In this document: positions 11,125 to 21,409 of the stretch, piece after piece
How positions within the stretch are numbered: the stretch's first letter is position 1
Layout of the letters: the number at the start of each line of letters is the position of its first letter
Origin: Clostridia bacterium
GTDB taxonomy: Bacteria; Bacillota; Clostridia; TANB77; UBA1234
Length of the DNA stretch: 64,000 bases
Direction of reading: 5' to 3'
Assembly (NCBI GenBank): GCA_017469545.1
Contig: JAFUGE010000008.1
Location: 30,941-94,940 of the forward strand
Notes under the pieces: model-generated
Databases searched by the model: none
Told to the model about the DNA's origin: nothing
Seen by the model: only the letters and a program-made list of their open reading frames with translations
Program-made: the position numbers and the translations under genes

Positions 11125-11805
11125 ATGAGAAGAGGAAAGAAATATCAAGATAGCGTTAAAATGATTGATAAGACAGCATCTTATGATTCAAAAGCAGCGC
11201 TAGAATTAATCGAAAAAATGCCAAAGGCTAAATTTGACGAAACTGTTGAAGCTCATTTTAGACTAGGTGTTGATTCAAAACACGCTGATCAACAAGTTAG
11301 AGGCGTTATCGTATTACCTCATGGAACAGGTAAGACACAAAGAGTTTTAGTATTTGCAAAGGGAGAGAAGGCTAAAGAGGCTGAGGCTGCCGGTGCAGAT
11401 TTTGTTGGAGCTGAAGATTTAGTTCCAAGAATTGAGAAAGAGAACTGGTTCGATTACGATGTAATCGTAGCTACACCAGATATGATGGGTATCATTGGTA
11501 GATTAGGTAAAGTTTTAGGACCAAAAGGTTTAATGCCTAACCCAAAATCAGGAACAGTTACAATGGATGTTGCCAAAGCTGTTAGCGAGATTAAATCTGG
11601 TAAGATTGAATATCGTTTAGACAAAAACAACATTATCCATTGCCCAATTGGAAAGCTTTCTTTCGGCGCTGAGAAGTTAAATGATAACTTCCAAGCTTTA
11701 TACGAAGCAATCGTTAAAGCAAAACCAGCTGCTGCAAAGGGACAATACATTAAGAGTATGTCTTTATCAAGCACAATGGGCCCTGGCGTTCCAGTAAAAG
11801 CTTAA
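11125..11805 (+). CDS. rplA: 50S ribosomal protein L1
   Basis: MRRGKKYQ..., position after rplK. Confidence 0.9.
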   Translation: MRRGKKYQDSVKMIDKTASYDSKAALELIEKMPKAKFDETVEAHFRLGVDSKHADQQVRGVIVLPHGTGKTQRVLVFAKGEKAKEAEAAGADFVGAEDLVPRIEKENWFDYDVIVATPDMMGIIGRLGKVLGPKGLMPNPKSGTVTMDVAKAVSEIKSGKIEYRLDKNNIIHCPIGKLSFGAEKLNDNFQALYEAIVKAKPAAAKGQYIKSMSLSSTMGPGVPVKA

Positions 11806-12047
11806 TAACCAAAGACAGTAGGTTGCAAATGTTTGCATAAAATATTCCTACCGAGGTAAAGGATCGGATTTTATCCAAGACATTTATTTCGGTGGAATAG
11901 ATGTCTTGGATTTTTTTGTAGGGGCGGTGTAATACGCCGCCCGCGGGTAGCGTACTACGCTACCCCTACAATGAATTTGGGCGCCCGGAGGGTGACCAAC
12001 GGACAGCCTACCACAATGATGGATTATCAATAAGAGGAGGTGTAAAA
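11806..12047 (+). promoter_or_regulatory. rplJ leader region with hairpins and an embedded REP doublet
   Basis: Hairpin CCAAGACAT...ATGTCTTGG (11877-11910) plus REP doublet 11918-11969, in the position of the L10(L12)4 autoregulatory leader. Confidence 0.3.
11918..11969. repeat. inverted doublet of REP-like elements with compensatory stem variants
   Basis: GTAGGGGCGGTGTAATACGCCGCCCG + CGGGTAGCGTACTACGCTACCCCTAC; each stem carries paired compensatory substitutions relative to consensus. Confidence 0.75.
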
Positions 12048-12551
12048 ATGCCAAACGCAAAAGTTTTAGCGCAAAAGCAAAATGACGTAGCAGCATTAAA
12101 AGAAAAATTCGAAAAATCTAAATTAGTGATTTTAACAGACTATAGAGGAATTAACGTAGCTGATATTACAAAGATTAGAGCTGACTTAAGAAATGCTAAC
12201 TGTGAATATCAAGTTGCGAAAAACTCTACTTTAAAATTTGCTGCAAAAGAAGCAAATTTAGAGGGATTAACAGAAATACTAGAAGGCCCTACAGCTGTCA
12301 CATTTAGCTATGAGGATTACGTAGAGCCAGCAAAAGTTTTATATAACTATGCGAAAGATTCAGAGTTTTATAAAATTAAAGGCGGAGTAATGGATGGTAA
12401 GATTATTTCAGTTGACGAAGTTTTGAAACTTGCAAAACTTCCATCAAGAGAAATGCTACTTACTCAACTTGCTACTGCATTGCTTGCTAATATTAGAAAC
12501 TTAGCTGTTGTTCTTGATCAGACTAGGGAGAAGTTAGAAGAAAATGCATAG
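12048..12551 (+). CDS. rplJ: 50S ribosomal protein L10
   Basis: Typical L10 sequence and position. Confidence 0.9.
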   Translation: MPNAKVLAQKQNDVAALKEKFEKSKLVILTDYRGINVADITKIRADLRNANCEYQVAKNSTLKFAAKEANLEGLTEILEGPTAVTFSYEDYVEPAKVLYNYAKDSEFYKIKGGVMDGKIISVDEVLKLAKLPSREMLLTQLATALLANIRNLAVVLDQTREKLEENA

Positions 12552-12677
12552 AGAAACGCGTGATAAGCAGCAATTTGCTGCGTCAAATGAATTTCGAGTG
12601 TCCTCAACGTGCCAGCGCACGCCTCCGGTACTCTCGATTCATTTTCCTTGCAACTTACTACTTCTGACGCGTTTCTC
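12551..12677. repeat. 127-bp intergenic element with perfect 10-bp terminal inverted repeats GAGAAACGCG/CGCGTTTCTC
   Basis: Abuts rplJ TAG stop; internal hairpin GCAGCAATTTGCTGC; enlarges the rplJ-rplL spacer to 185 bp. Confidence 0.45.
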
Positions 12678-12736
12678 GGAGGTAAATTTTAGTAGGTGCG
12701 AGATATGAAATTTAAATTAAAAAGGAGATTATTAAA

Positions 12737-13108
12737 ATGGAAAAAATCGAAAATTTATTAGCTGAAATCGAAAAACTTACAGTTTTAGAATTAGCTGACT
12801 TAGTAAAAGCAATTGAGGACAAATTTGGTGTATCTGCAGCCGCTGCTGCAGTTGTAGCTGCTGCTCCAGGTGCTGGCGCTGCTGCTGCTGAAGAAAAGAC
12901 TTCTTTCAACGTAGTATTGAAAGAGGCTGGCGCTAACAAGATCGCTGTTATCAAAGTTGTTAGAGAAGTTACAGGATTAGGATTAAAAGAAGCTAAAGAC
13001 TTAGTTGATGGCGCTCCTAAGACAGTAAAAGAGAACGCTTCTAAAGAAGATGCTGAGAAAATGAAAGCAGACTTAGAAGGTGCTGGAGCAGTTGTTGAAT
13101 TACAATAA
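12737..13108 (+). CDS. rplL: 50S ribosomal protein L7/L12
   Basis: [33 protein letters not shown], Ala-rich hinge. Confidence 0.9.
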   Translation: MEKIENLLAEIEKLTVLELADLVKAIEDKFGVSAAAAAVVAAAPGAGAAAAEEKTSFNVVLKEAGANKIAVIKVVREVTGLGLKEAKDLVDGAPKTVKENASKEDAEKMKADLEGAGAVVELQ

Positions 13109-13122
13109 TTGAATCAAATATT

Positions 13123-13158
13123 GTATGGGCAGCGTATTACGCTGCCCGCTTTTTTTAT
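13123..13158 (+). terminator. REP-like hairpin (GTATGGGCAGCGTATTACGCTGCCCG) + T-run as rplL terminator
   Basis: Family hairpin followed by CTTTTTTTAT. Confidence 0.75.
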
Positions 13159-13212
13159 CCGCTTTTTCTTGATTTTGACTATGCGTAATGATAAAATGAA
13201 TAGCGTAAGGAA

Positions 13213-15783
13213 GTGATTTTTGTGGAAGAATTGACGCCTATGATGAAGCAATATATGGAGGTAAAAAATCAATATCAAGATTGTATTTTGATGTATCGTT
13301 TAGGCGATTTTTTTGAGATGTTTTTTGACGATGCGATTACGGCGTCGAGAGAATTGGAATTGACACTTACTGGCAGAGACTGTGGCTTAGCGGAGAGAGC
13401 ACCAATGTGTGGTGTGCCTCACCATGCGATTCAAAGCTATTTGGCGAAGCTTGTGTCCAAGGGATATAAAGTCGCTGTTTGTGAGCAGATGGAAGATCCT
13501 GCGCTTGCAAAGGGCATCGTGAAAAGAGAGGTAATCAGAGTTGTTACGCCTGGCACAGTCATTGAATCGAATATGCTAGACGAGAAGAAAAACAACTATA
13601 TTGCGGCAATTTATAGAATGGGAATATATTATGGGTTGGCCTATTCTGACGTTTCCACGGGCGAGTTTGCTACGACGGAGATTGTAGAGGGTAACAACTA
13701 TAACAAACTTTTAAATGAACTTGCAAGATTTGAACCGGCCGAGATTGTGGTGAACGAAGAACTTTTTGGTGATGCGACAACGATGGAAGAAATCAAAGAA
13801 AGATTTAAAACATATATTACTCCTGCAAGTCCAGAAAACAAAGTAGAGGTAAACGTCGAGCTTCCTAGGGCTATCGAGAAATTGGTATACGCAAAAGAAG
13901 CGACGAATATGCTTCTTTCGTATATCAAAGAAACACAAAAAATTGATATGAAGCATATCAACAATATCGAGATTTATGAGATTAATCAATACATGGTATT
14001 GGATGGGACAGCAAGAAAAAATTTAGAATTAACAGAGACGTTACGTGACAAAAACAAGAGAGGAAGCTTACTTGGTGTGTTAGATAAAACTTCTACCTCT
14101 ATGGGTGGCAGATTGCTTAGAAAGTGGATTGAGAAGCCTTTAATGAATACCCAAGACATCCACCAAAGGCTACTTGGGGTAAAAGAGCTTAAGGATGCCG
14201 TTATGGTAAGAGGCGAAATGCGAGAAGTTTTGAAGAAAGTTTATGATATTGAACGCCTTACTGGTAAAGTGGCTTATGGCACGGTAAATGCTAGAGATTT
14301 AATCGCCCTTAAAAATTCTTTATCACAACTACCAGAGGTAAAGAAGCTAATTGAGGGCTCGAACGCAGAAATACTAACAAGCCTTAATACGCAAATGGAC
14401 CTACTAGAGGACGTTGTACAGCTAATTGACGATGCGATTGTTGAAGACCCACCAGTTTTAATCAAGGAGGGGGGCATCATTAAATCCTCGTACGACGAAA
14501 ATGTAGATAAACTAAGAACTGCCGCTACGGAAGGGAAGAATTGGATTCTTGCATTGGAGGCCAAAGAGAGAGAAGAAACGGGCATTAAAAATTTGAAGGT
14601 TGGATTTAATAAAGTTTTTGGCTATTACATTGAAGTAACAAAGAGCAATATTCCATTCGTACCAGATCGATATATCAGAAAGCAGACACTAACCAATGGC
14701 GAAAGGTATATTACCAACGAGTTAAAAGATATAGAAGATACGATTCTTGGCGCGCAAGAAAAAGTGGTAAATTTGGAGTACGAAATATTTTTAGGTGTTA
14801 GGGATAAAATTGCAGCACAAATCAAGAGATTGCAGCAGACGAGTAATGCTGTTGCTACACTAGATGTGCTTGCGACTTTGGCGGAAGTGGCTGATAAAAA
14901 TGATTATGTGATGCCAGAAGTGGACGAGTCAGAGGAGATTATCATTAAAGATGGCAGACATGCTGTAGTGGAAAGTTTAATTCCAAGTGGTAGTTTTGTA
15001 CCGAATGATACAACACTAAATACAGGCGAAGATAGGGTAAATATCATTACAGGCCCTAATATGGCTGGTAAATCGACGTATATGAGGCAAGTGGCACTGA
15101 TTGTGCTTATGGCACAAATGGGAAGCTTTGTCCCAGCGAGCTTTGCCAAGATTGGAATTGTCGATAGGATTTTTACGAGAATTGGTGCGTCGGACGATTT
15201 ATCGACAGGGCAGTCTACGTTTATGGTTGAAATGAATGAGGTTTCTAACATTTTGATTAATGCGAATAAGAAGAGTTTATTAATTTTGGACGAGATTGGT
15301 AGAGGAACTTCTACATTTGATGGACTTTCTATTGCCTGGTCTGTGATTGAATACATTAGTGAGAAGGTTGCGGCGAGGACCTTGTTTGCAACGCATTATC
15401 ACGAGCTTACAGATTTAGAAGATAAAATGGAAGGAATCAAAAATTATTGTATCGCTGTCAAAGAAAAAGGCGAGGATGTCATTTTCCTTCGTAAAATTAT
15501 TCGTGGTGGGGCAGACGAGAGTTATGGTGTACATGTTGCCAAACTTGCTGGAATACCAAATGCAGTAACCAATAGAGCAAACCAGATTTTAAAGCAGTTA
15601 AAAGAAAGCAATGTGATTAATACCAGCGAGAAGCCTAGTAAGAAAATGAGCAATGTGCAAGAAGTAGATTTATTTAATTATCGATTGGCGGAAATCGCGA
15701 GTGAGCTAGATAAAATTGATGTGAATGCATTGACGCCAATTGAGGCACTAAATACACTGTCAAAATTGAAAATGAAACTGTAG
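13213..15783 (+). CDS. mutS: DNA mismatch repair protein MutS
   Basis: TPMMKQYMEVKNQY N-terminus, Walker A GPNMAGKST, full length 856 aa; start may be GTG 13222 or ATG 13240. Confidence 0.9.
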   Translation: MIFVEELTPMMKQYMEVKNQYQDCILMYRLGDFFEMFFDDAITASRELELTLTGRDCGLAERAPMCGVPHHAIQSYLAKLVSKGYKVAVCEQMEDPALAKGIVKREVIRVVTPGTVIESNMLDEKKNNYIAAIYRMGIYYGLAYSDVSTGEFATTEIVEGNNYNKLLNELARFEPAEIVVNEELFGDATTMEEIKERFKTYITPASPENKVEVNVELPRAIEKLVYAKEATNMLLSYIKETQKIDMKHINNIEIYEINQYMVLDGTARKNLELTETLRDKNKRGSLLGVLDKTSTSMGGRLLRKWIEKPLMNTQDIHQRLLGVKELKDAVMVRGEMREVLKKVYDIERLTGKVAYGTVNARDLIALKNSLSQLPEVKKLIEGSNAEILTSLNTQMDLLEDVVQLIDDAIVEDPPVLIKEGGIIKSSYDENVDKLRTAATEGKNWILALEAKEREETGIKNLKVGFNKVFGYYIEVTKSNIPFVPDRYIRKQTLTNGERYITNELKDIEDTILGAQEKVVNLEYEIFLGVRDKIAAQIKRLQQTSNAVATLDVLATLAEVADKNDYVMPEVDESEEIIIKDGRHAVVESLIPSGSFVPNDTTLNTGEDRVNIITGPNMAGKSTYMRQVALIVLMAQMGSFVPASFAKIGIVDRIFTRIGASDDLSTGQSTFMVEMNEVSNILINANKKSLLILDEIGRGTSTFDGLSIAWSVIEYISEKVAARTLFATHYHELTDLEDKMEGIKNYCIAVKEKGEDVIFLRKIIRGGADESYGVHVAKLAGIPNAVTNRANQILKQLKESNVINTSEKPSKKMSNVQEVDLFNYRLAEIASELDKIDVNALTPIEALNTLSKLKMKL

Positions 15784-15908
15784 GAAACGAATGAAAATCG
15801 GCATCTCGCTGTGTCACTGCGATTGTTTGCGGTGCTCGACGTACCATATGTACGACTCCGCTCCGCACAATCTGGTTCCTTGCGATATACCAATTTTGCT
15901 TCGTTTCT
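15783..15908. repeat. 126-bp intergenic element with GGAAACGAA/TTCGTTTC termini, related to 12551-12677
   Basis: Abuts mutS TAG stop; shares termini, length and a TTCCTTGC motif ~33 nt from the 3' end with the rplJ-rplL element. Confidence 0.4.
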
Positions 15909-15917
15909 GTAAAAAAT

Positions 15918-15969
15918 GTAGGGGCAGCGTATTACGCTGCCCGCTGGCGGCATGCTATGCCGCCCCTAC
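15918..15969. repeat. REP doublet: consensus copy + variant hairpin GGCGGCATGCTATGCCGCC ending CCCCTAC
   Basis: GTAGGGGCAGCGTATTACGCTGCCCG then CTGGCGGCATGCTATGCCGCCCCTAC; second stem entirely different sequence but same architecture. Confidence 0.75.
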
Positions 15970-15991
15970 AAAAGAAAGGAGATAAAACCAA

Positions 15992-17986
15992 ATGGGTTCT
16001 ATTGTGCTTTTGGACGATTTAACGATTAACAAAATAGCGGCTGGTGAAGTAATTGAAAGGCCGGCCAATGTCGTAAAAGAATTAGTGGAGAATTCGATTG
16101 ATGCCGGTGCTACTTCTATTTCGGTGGAGATAGAAAATGGCGGCATTACCTATATTAGAATTACGGACAATGGAAAAGGCATTAGCCCCGACGACGTAGA
16201 AATTGCTTTTGAAAGGCATGCTACTAGCAAGATTAGAAAAGCAGCTGACTTGGTAAAAGTATCTACGATGGGCTTTCGAGGTGAGGCATTGGCAAGTATT
16301 GCCGCCATTGCAAAGGTGGAGCTGATTAGTAGAACGGCCGATAGCGAGCTTGGTACAAGAATTGTAGTAGAAGGCGGCAAAACGATTCTTATAGAAGAAT
16401 GCGGCGCGCCTGTAGGGACGACAATTACAGTCAAAGAATTATTCTTCAATACGCCTGTCCGTTATAAATTCTTAAAAAGAGATTTTACAGAGGGAGGATA
16501 TATTGAAGACGCTGTTTCCAGAATTGCGCTTATTAATCCAAACATCTCTTTTAAAATGACGAACAACAAAAAAGAAATTTTGAGGACGAGTGGAAATGGC
16601 GATATTGCGGCAGTAGTGTATAGCATTTATGGAAAAGACATTGCACAGAATTTGATAGACGTAGAATACGATTATGAGGGAATAAAAATTACTGGTGTCA
16701 CTGGAAAGCCTGAAATTGCCCGCTCTAACAGAGCAAATCAATTATTCTATATCAACGGAAGATATATCAAAGATAAAATTTTATCGGCTGCGGCAGAGGA
16801 AGCATACAGAACTTTGATACCACATGGAAAGTATGGATTTTGTATTTTAAATGTGCAAATGAATCCAGAATTAGTTGACGTGAATGTGCACCCGGCCAAA
16901 TTAGAAGTGCGTTTTTCAGAAGAGGGGAAAGTTTTTAAAGCCGTTAATGGCGCACTAAAAACAGCCTTATTAAAGCAAGATATTACTTCTGAAGCCACTG
17001 TGCCGGGCGGCGAAAGTGAAAAAGAAGAAAAGAAAGAAGAGACATTTACAAAGACAGAACATTCCAAAGGACTATTTGATATTTTTAGACCAAGGCCTGT
17101 TGAAAAGAGAGATAATGTGATTGTAGCAGACTTCGGTAATAGAGTAGAGGAAGAAAAAGAAGCGTATCATGCTGCACCGAAATCGGAAAGCTTAGTCGAT
17201 GAACTATTCACGAATAGTTCGGAGGCTAACTATCAAGATGGTGATAGTTCGGCAGCTAACTATCAAGCGAATGAAAATTCAAAAGAAGGAAATGCTGCTA
17301 CTGAGAGTGCGGAAATGAATCAGACTGTGGAAGAGAAGCCTGTGGAAATGTCGAAAAAATCACAGCAGATGTTTGAAGATATTGCCATAATAGAAGAGAA
17401 AGCAAAAGTACCTGAATACAAAATATTAGGTGTCGCTTTTTTAACATACATCTTTTTGCAACTTGAAAATGATGTCTATATTATTGATCAACACGCGGCA
17501 CATGAAAGAGTATTATTTGAAAAAGTAAAAGAGAACTTTTACAAAAATGGTGGAAAGGAAGCACAAATGCTACTTTTGCCAGATATTATTGAGCTATCAA
17601 AGCACGACATGCGTACTGTAAGGGAGCATATGGATTTATTCCAAAATGCTGGATTTGAGATAGAGGAATTTGGCGACAACACAATCCGAATTACGAGTGT
17701 GCCTTCTATTTGTTTTGAAATGGATACCAGAACTTTGTTTATGGATATTCTAGATGGATTTGATATTACGAATAGAACGACGAAGCAAGAAGTAGAGCAA
17801 AAATTCCTTGCAACTGTAGCTTGCAAAGCGGCCATCAAAGCGGGGATGCATATTGAGGAAAGAGAAATAAGGGGATTATTAGACCAATTATTGGTTTTGG
17901 AAAATCCTTTCACATGTCCACATGGCAGACCAACAGCAATTAGAATTACGAGGGCGGAGATAGAGAAGAAGTTTAAACGAAGATAA
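15992..17986 (+). CDS. mutL: DNA mismatch repair protein MutL
   Basis: N-terminal GHKL ATPase IAAGEVIERPANVVKELVENSIDAG; C-terminal dimerisation domain. Confidence 0.9.
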   Translation: MGSIVLLDDLTINKIAAGEVIERPANVVKELVENSIDAGATSISVEIENGGITYIRITDNGKGISPDDVEIAFERHATSKIRKAADLVKVSTMGFRGEALASIAAIAKVELISRTADSELGTRIVVEGGKTILIEECGAPVGTTITVKELFFNTPVRYKFLKRDFTEGGYIEDAVSRIALINPNISFKMTNNKKEILRTSGNGDIAAVVYSIYGKDIAQNLIDVEYDYEGIKITGVTGKPEIARSNRANQLFYINGRYIKDKILSAAAEEAYRTLIPHGKYGFCILNVQMNPELVDVNVHPAKLEVRFSEEGKVFKAVNGALKTALLKQDITSEATVPGGESEKEEKKEETFTKTEHSKGLFDIFRPRPVEKRDNVIVADFGNRVEEEKEAYHAAPKSESLVDELFTNSSEANYQDGDSSAANYQANENSKEGNAATESAEMNQTVEEKPVEMSKKSQQMFEDIAIIEEKAKVPEYKILGVAFLTYIFLQLENDVYIIDQHAAHERVLFEKVKENFYKNGGKEAQMLLLPDIIELSKHDMRTVREHMDLFQNAGFEIEEFGDNTIRITSVPSICFEMDTRTLFMDILDGFDITNRTTKQEVEQKFLATVACKAAIKAGMHIEEREIRGLLDQLLVLENPFTCPHGRPTAIRITRAEIEKKFKRR

Positions 17987-18017
17987 CTGATTGAAAAATA
18001 AAATGAGATAAAAAAAT

Positions 18018-18043
18018 GTAGGGGCAGCGTAATACGCTGCCCG
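18018..18043. repeat. REP-like element
   Basis: GTAGGGGCAGCGTAATACGCTGCCCG. Confidence 0.8.
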
Positions 18044-18061
18044 CATAAAGGATGGTAAAAA

Positions 18062-18964
18062 ATGAAACCAAAGGTGATTGTGATTGTTGGGCCGACGGCG
18101 TCAGGAAAGTCTGGCGTGGCCATCGAGCTTGCCAAGAAAATCAATGGAGAAATTGTATCGGCAGATTCTATGCAGGTATACAGAGAAATGAATATTGGCA
18201 CAGCAAAGGTTACGGAGGAGGAAGCGGCAGGCATCAAGCATTATTTAATAGATGTCGCAAGTCCTGCCGAAACCTTTAATGTAGCGATGTATAAAAGCAT
18301 GGCAGAAGAAGCTATCCGAGAAATTATTGCCAAAGGAAAAACGCCTATTGTTGTTGGAGGGACGGGGCTATATGTGAGTACGCTTGTCAATGGTATAGAA
18401 CTTTCAGAAGTAAAAAATGACGATAGGATTCGAAAAAAACTAGAAGAAAGGCTTACGAATGAGGGAATTGATGTGGTGTTCCAGGAACTGCAAAAAGTAG
18501 ACCCAGAAGCGGCACAAGTCATTGATAAGAATAATACAAGAAGAGTCATAAGAGCGCTAGAAATTTATGAAGCGACTGGAAAGACGAAAACGCAGCTTGA
18601 TAGAGAGTCTATCAAGGAAGTAGCATTTGATTATCAAATTTTTGGAATCTTGACGGACAGAGAAGAACTATATGATAGAATTAACAAAAGAGTAGATTGC
18701 ATGATAGAGCAGGGACTTATTGAAGAAGTGAAGAGTTTGCGAGAAAAGTATACTTTTTCGCAAACGGCACTACAAGGCCTTGGCTATAAAGAGGTCATAG
18801 AATTTTTGGATGGAACGATAACAAAAGAAGAAATGATTGAAAAGCTAAAAATGGAAACGCGAAGATACGCCAAAAGACAAATGACATGGTTTAGAAGAGA
18901 CGACAGAATCCATTGGGCTACACGAGAAAATATTCTTGCAGATATTATGTCTATGACATTGTAA
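18062..18964 (+). CDS. miaA: tRNA dimethylallyltransferase
   Basis: P-loop VIVGPTASGKS, DSMQVYREMNIGTAK. Confidence 0.9.
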   Translation: MKPKVIVIVGPTASGKSGVAIELAKKINGEIVSADSMQVYREMNIGTAKVTEEEAAGIKHYLIDVASPAETFNVAMYKSMAEEAIREIIAKGKTPIVVGGTGLYVSTLVNGIELSEVKNDDRIRKKLEERLTNEGIDVVFQELQKVDPEAAQVIDKNNTRRVIRALEIYEATGKTKTQLDRESIKEVAFDYQIFGILTDREELYDRINKRVDCMIEQGLIEEVKSLREKYTFSQTALQGLGYKEVIEFLDGTITKEEMIEKLKMETRRYAKRQMTWFRRDDRIHWATRENILADIMSMTL

Positions 18965-19017
18965 TATTTTTTGTTTTTGTATATAATGATTGTAATTGAG
19001 TTACAAAGGAGTAAAAA

Positions 19018-20283
19018 ATGGCGAATAAAAAAAATCAGTATCAGCAAAATATTGCTTTAGTTGTTTTGTCGATTATCATTATTTTAGTTGTTCTTTTTGT
19101 GATTAAAACAATTAGCTTGCTTAGAAAGCCGACTTTAACGACCATTGTAAAAAATGGTGAATTGATTAAGTATGAAGAAGTGACGGGCTATGTGATTCGA
19201 AAAGAAGAAGTAGTGGATACGAGTACATATAGCGGCATTATCAACACTGCCATTTCTGATGGTTATCGCGTGGCGAAGAACGGAACTATTTCTGCCTATG
19301 TTTCTAATACGGAAAAAAATTTGGTGAAAAAGATTTCAGAGTTAGACGATAAAATTCAGGAAGTCATGAACAGTCAGCAAACGACGCTCCCGAATGATGT
19401 TAAAGTGCTAGATACAAGTATTAAAGCCAACTTATACAATGCCGTTAAGAATAAAGAAGATGTTTACATGGTTTCGGAGTATAAGTCTGCGATTAACCAG
19501 AGCATACAAAAGAAAGCAAAGATTGTGGGAGAGCTTAGTCCGAGCGGTTCGAAATTAAAAGAATTGATCGACGAGCGATTAAAATATGAGGCAGAATTAA
19601 ATAATTCGAAGCAAGTTTTAAAGGCGCCAGTAGCAGGACTTGTGTCATACCGAGTAGATGGCTATGAAAATATATTGACGCCAAATAGTTTGTCGAGTAT
19701 TTCTATTAAAGAATTGGAAAAGATAAAAATCAATGTGGGGCAGATTATTCCGATTGATACGTCGAAAGTGAAAATCATTGATAATTTTTCCTGCTTTATC
19801 GCGATTCCAATGAGTTCTGAGGAAAGCAAAGATACAAAACTAAATGATAAAATAAAGCTAAGATTTGATAATACCGGAGACGAGCTAATTCAAGGAACAG
19901 TGGAATACATATCGGAGGAAGATTCACAAAGACTAATCGTGGTAGAGATTACTTCTAATATTGAGGAGTTATCAAAGTATAGGAAGATTAATTTGGACGT
20001 AGTTTGGTGGAGAGATGCAGGACTGAAAGTTCCAGATAATGCGATAAAATTTACTTCTGTGACCAATAGCGAAACTGGCATGGTAATCGAAAATATTCCA
20101 ACCGTGACCATACAAAAATCGTCTTACACCGAGACAGCTTGGGTCAAAATCATTAGACAGGCCAACGATTTTTCTATTATTGAGAACTATACCGACGACG
20201 AATTATTGGAGATGGGCTTAAGTGAAGAACAAGTATCTAATAGGCAAACCATCAAATTGTATAGTGACGTTGTACTGGAATAA
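19018..20283 (+). CDS. HlyD-family membrane-fusion/periplasmic-adaptor-like protein
   Basis: N-terminal TM anchor, long coiled-coil region, C-terminal beta domain; no partner transporter adjacent; hfq absent downstream of miaA. Confidence 0.35.
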   Translation: MANKKNQYQQNIALVVLSIIIILVVLFVIKTISLLRKPTLTTIVKNGELIKYEEVTGYVIRKEEVVDTSTYSGIINTAISDGYRVAKNGTISAYVSNTEKNLVKKISELDDKIQEVMNSQQTTLPNDVKVLDTSIKANLYNAVKNKEDVYMVSEYKSAINQSIQKKAKIVGELSPSGSKLKELIDERLKYEAELNNSKQVLKAPVAGLVSYRVDGYENILTPNSLSSISIKELEKIKINVGQIIPIDTSKVKIIDNFSCFIAIPMSSEESKDTKLNDKIKLRFDNTGDELIQGTVEYISEEDSQRLIVVEITSNIEELSKYRKINLDVVWWRDAGLKVPDNAIKFTSVTNSETGMVIENIPTVTIQKSSYTETAWVKIIRQANDFSIIENYTDDELLEMGLSEEQVSNRQTIKLYSDVVLE

Positions 20284-20409
20284 TATTACAATAATGTTAC
20301 AAGAAAATTAAAAAAATATTACAGTGTCAGAATAGATTGACTTTAATCGAAAAAAATATAAAATATAGATATACAGATGACGAAAAAGGTATATAGGGGG
20401 TTTATATTA

Positions 20410-20862
20410 ATGGGTAACAAATTTGTGAACAAGATATGGAATTTATTAGGTGTGGAGAATGACGAGTACGAGGACGAGTACTATGACGAGGAGACTACTT
20501 ATGCTCCAGAAGAAAAGGAGTACACAGCTCCAACAAACACAAAAAAGAGTAAGGTTGTAGGTATGCCAGGTGTACCACAAGTTAAAGTGATTATTTCACA
20601 ACCAAGTACTTTTGAACAATCTGAGGAAATTTGTGAGCATTTAAAGGAGAAGAAGTCAGTAATTGTTAATTTAGAATATGTGAATAAGGACGTAGCTAGA
20701 AGAATTATAGACTTTATCAGTGGCTCAGTGTATGCTTTAGATGGAAATATTCAAAAAATCTCTAATTCTATCTTTTTAGTAGCTCCATTCAATTATGAAA
20801 TTACGAATGAAGTCGTAAAAGACGATATTAAAAATAAATTATCTGTATCTTGGATAAAATAG
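20410..20862 (+). CDS. sepF: cell division protein SepF
   Basis: ICEHLKEKKSVIVNLEYVNKDVARRIIDFISGSVYALDGNIQKISNSIFLVAP matches SepF core; start MGNKF with AGGGGG RBS. Confidence 0.75.
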   Translation: MGNKFVNKIWNLLGVENDEYEDEYYDEETTYAPEEKEYTAPTNTKKSKVVGMPGVPQVKVIISQPSTFEQSEEICEHLKEKKSVIVNLEYVNKDVARRIIDFISGSVYALDGNIQKISNSIFLVAPFNYEITNEVVKDDIKNKLSVSWIK

Positions 20863-20881
20863 AAATTAGGTGGTTAGTAGT

Positions 20882-21337
20882 ATGATTACTCCTTTGGATA
20901 TTGAAAATAAGACTTTTAATAAGCAATTAGTCAATGGTTATAGTACAGAGGAAGTACATGAGTTTATGACGGCTGTATTAAAGGATTATGAAAGAATTTA
21001 TAAAGAAAATATTGAATATAAGGATAAGATTGCAGTTTTAAATCAAGGAATACAGCATTATAAGTCAATAGAGGAGACTTTGAGAAATGCCTTAATTGTT
21101 GCACAAGGTACAGCAGATTCTGTGAAGAAAAATGCCAAAGTAGAGGCGGATAACATTGTAAAAAATGCTGAACTGAATGCAATGAAGGCAGTGGACGACA
21201 TTAATCAAAAAGTTGTAGAAAAGCAGTTGCAACTTGACGAAACGAAGAAACAATTTGACGTATACAAAGCAAAGATGGAGTCTCTTTTGATTTCACAACT
21301 TGAAATGTTAAAAGAAATAAATAGAGACCAAAATTAG
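20882..21337 (+). CDS. divIVA: DivIVA-domain cell division protein
   Basis: MITPLDIENKTFNKQLVNGYSTEEVHEFMTAVLKDYE DivIVA N-terminal domain + coiled coil. Confidence 0.75.
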   Translation: MITPLDIENKTFNKQLVNGYSTEEVHEFMTAVLKDYERIYKENIEYKDKIAVLNQGIQHYKSIEETLRNALIVAQGTADSVKKNAKVEADNIVKNAELNAMKAVDDINQKVVEKQLQLDETKKQFDVYKAKMESLLISQLEMLKEINRDQN

Positions 21338-21409
21338 ATGTAGTTAATGGGTCGATAATTTATTGGCCCATTTTTCTAGATATAAAAATATCTTATTTCG
21401 GAGGTTAAA

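Noticed and set aside
15791-15985. 64-aa ORF between mutS and mutL
   Set aside because: It lies entirely within the 126-bp terminal-IR element and REP doublet, has no RBS and is Cys/Arg-rich. It is a by-product of repeat sequence.
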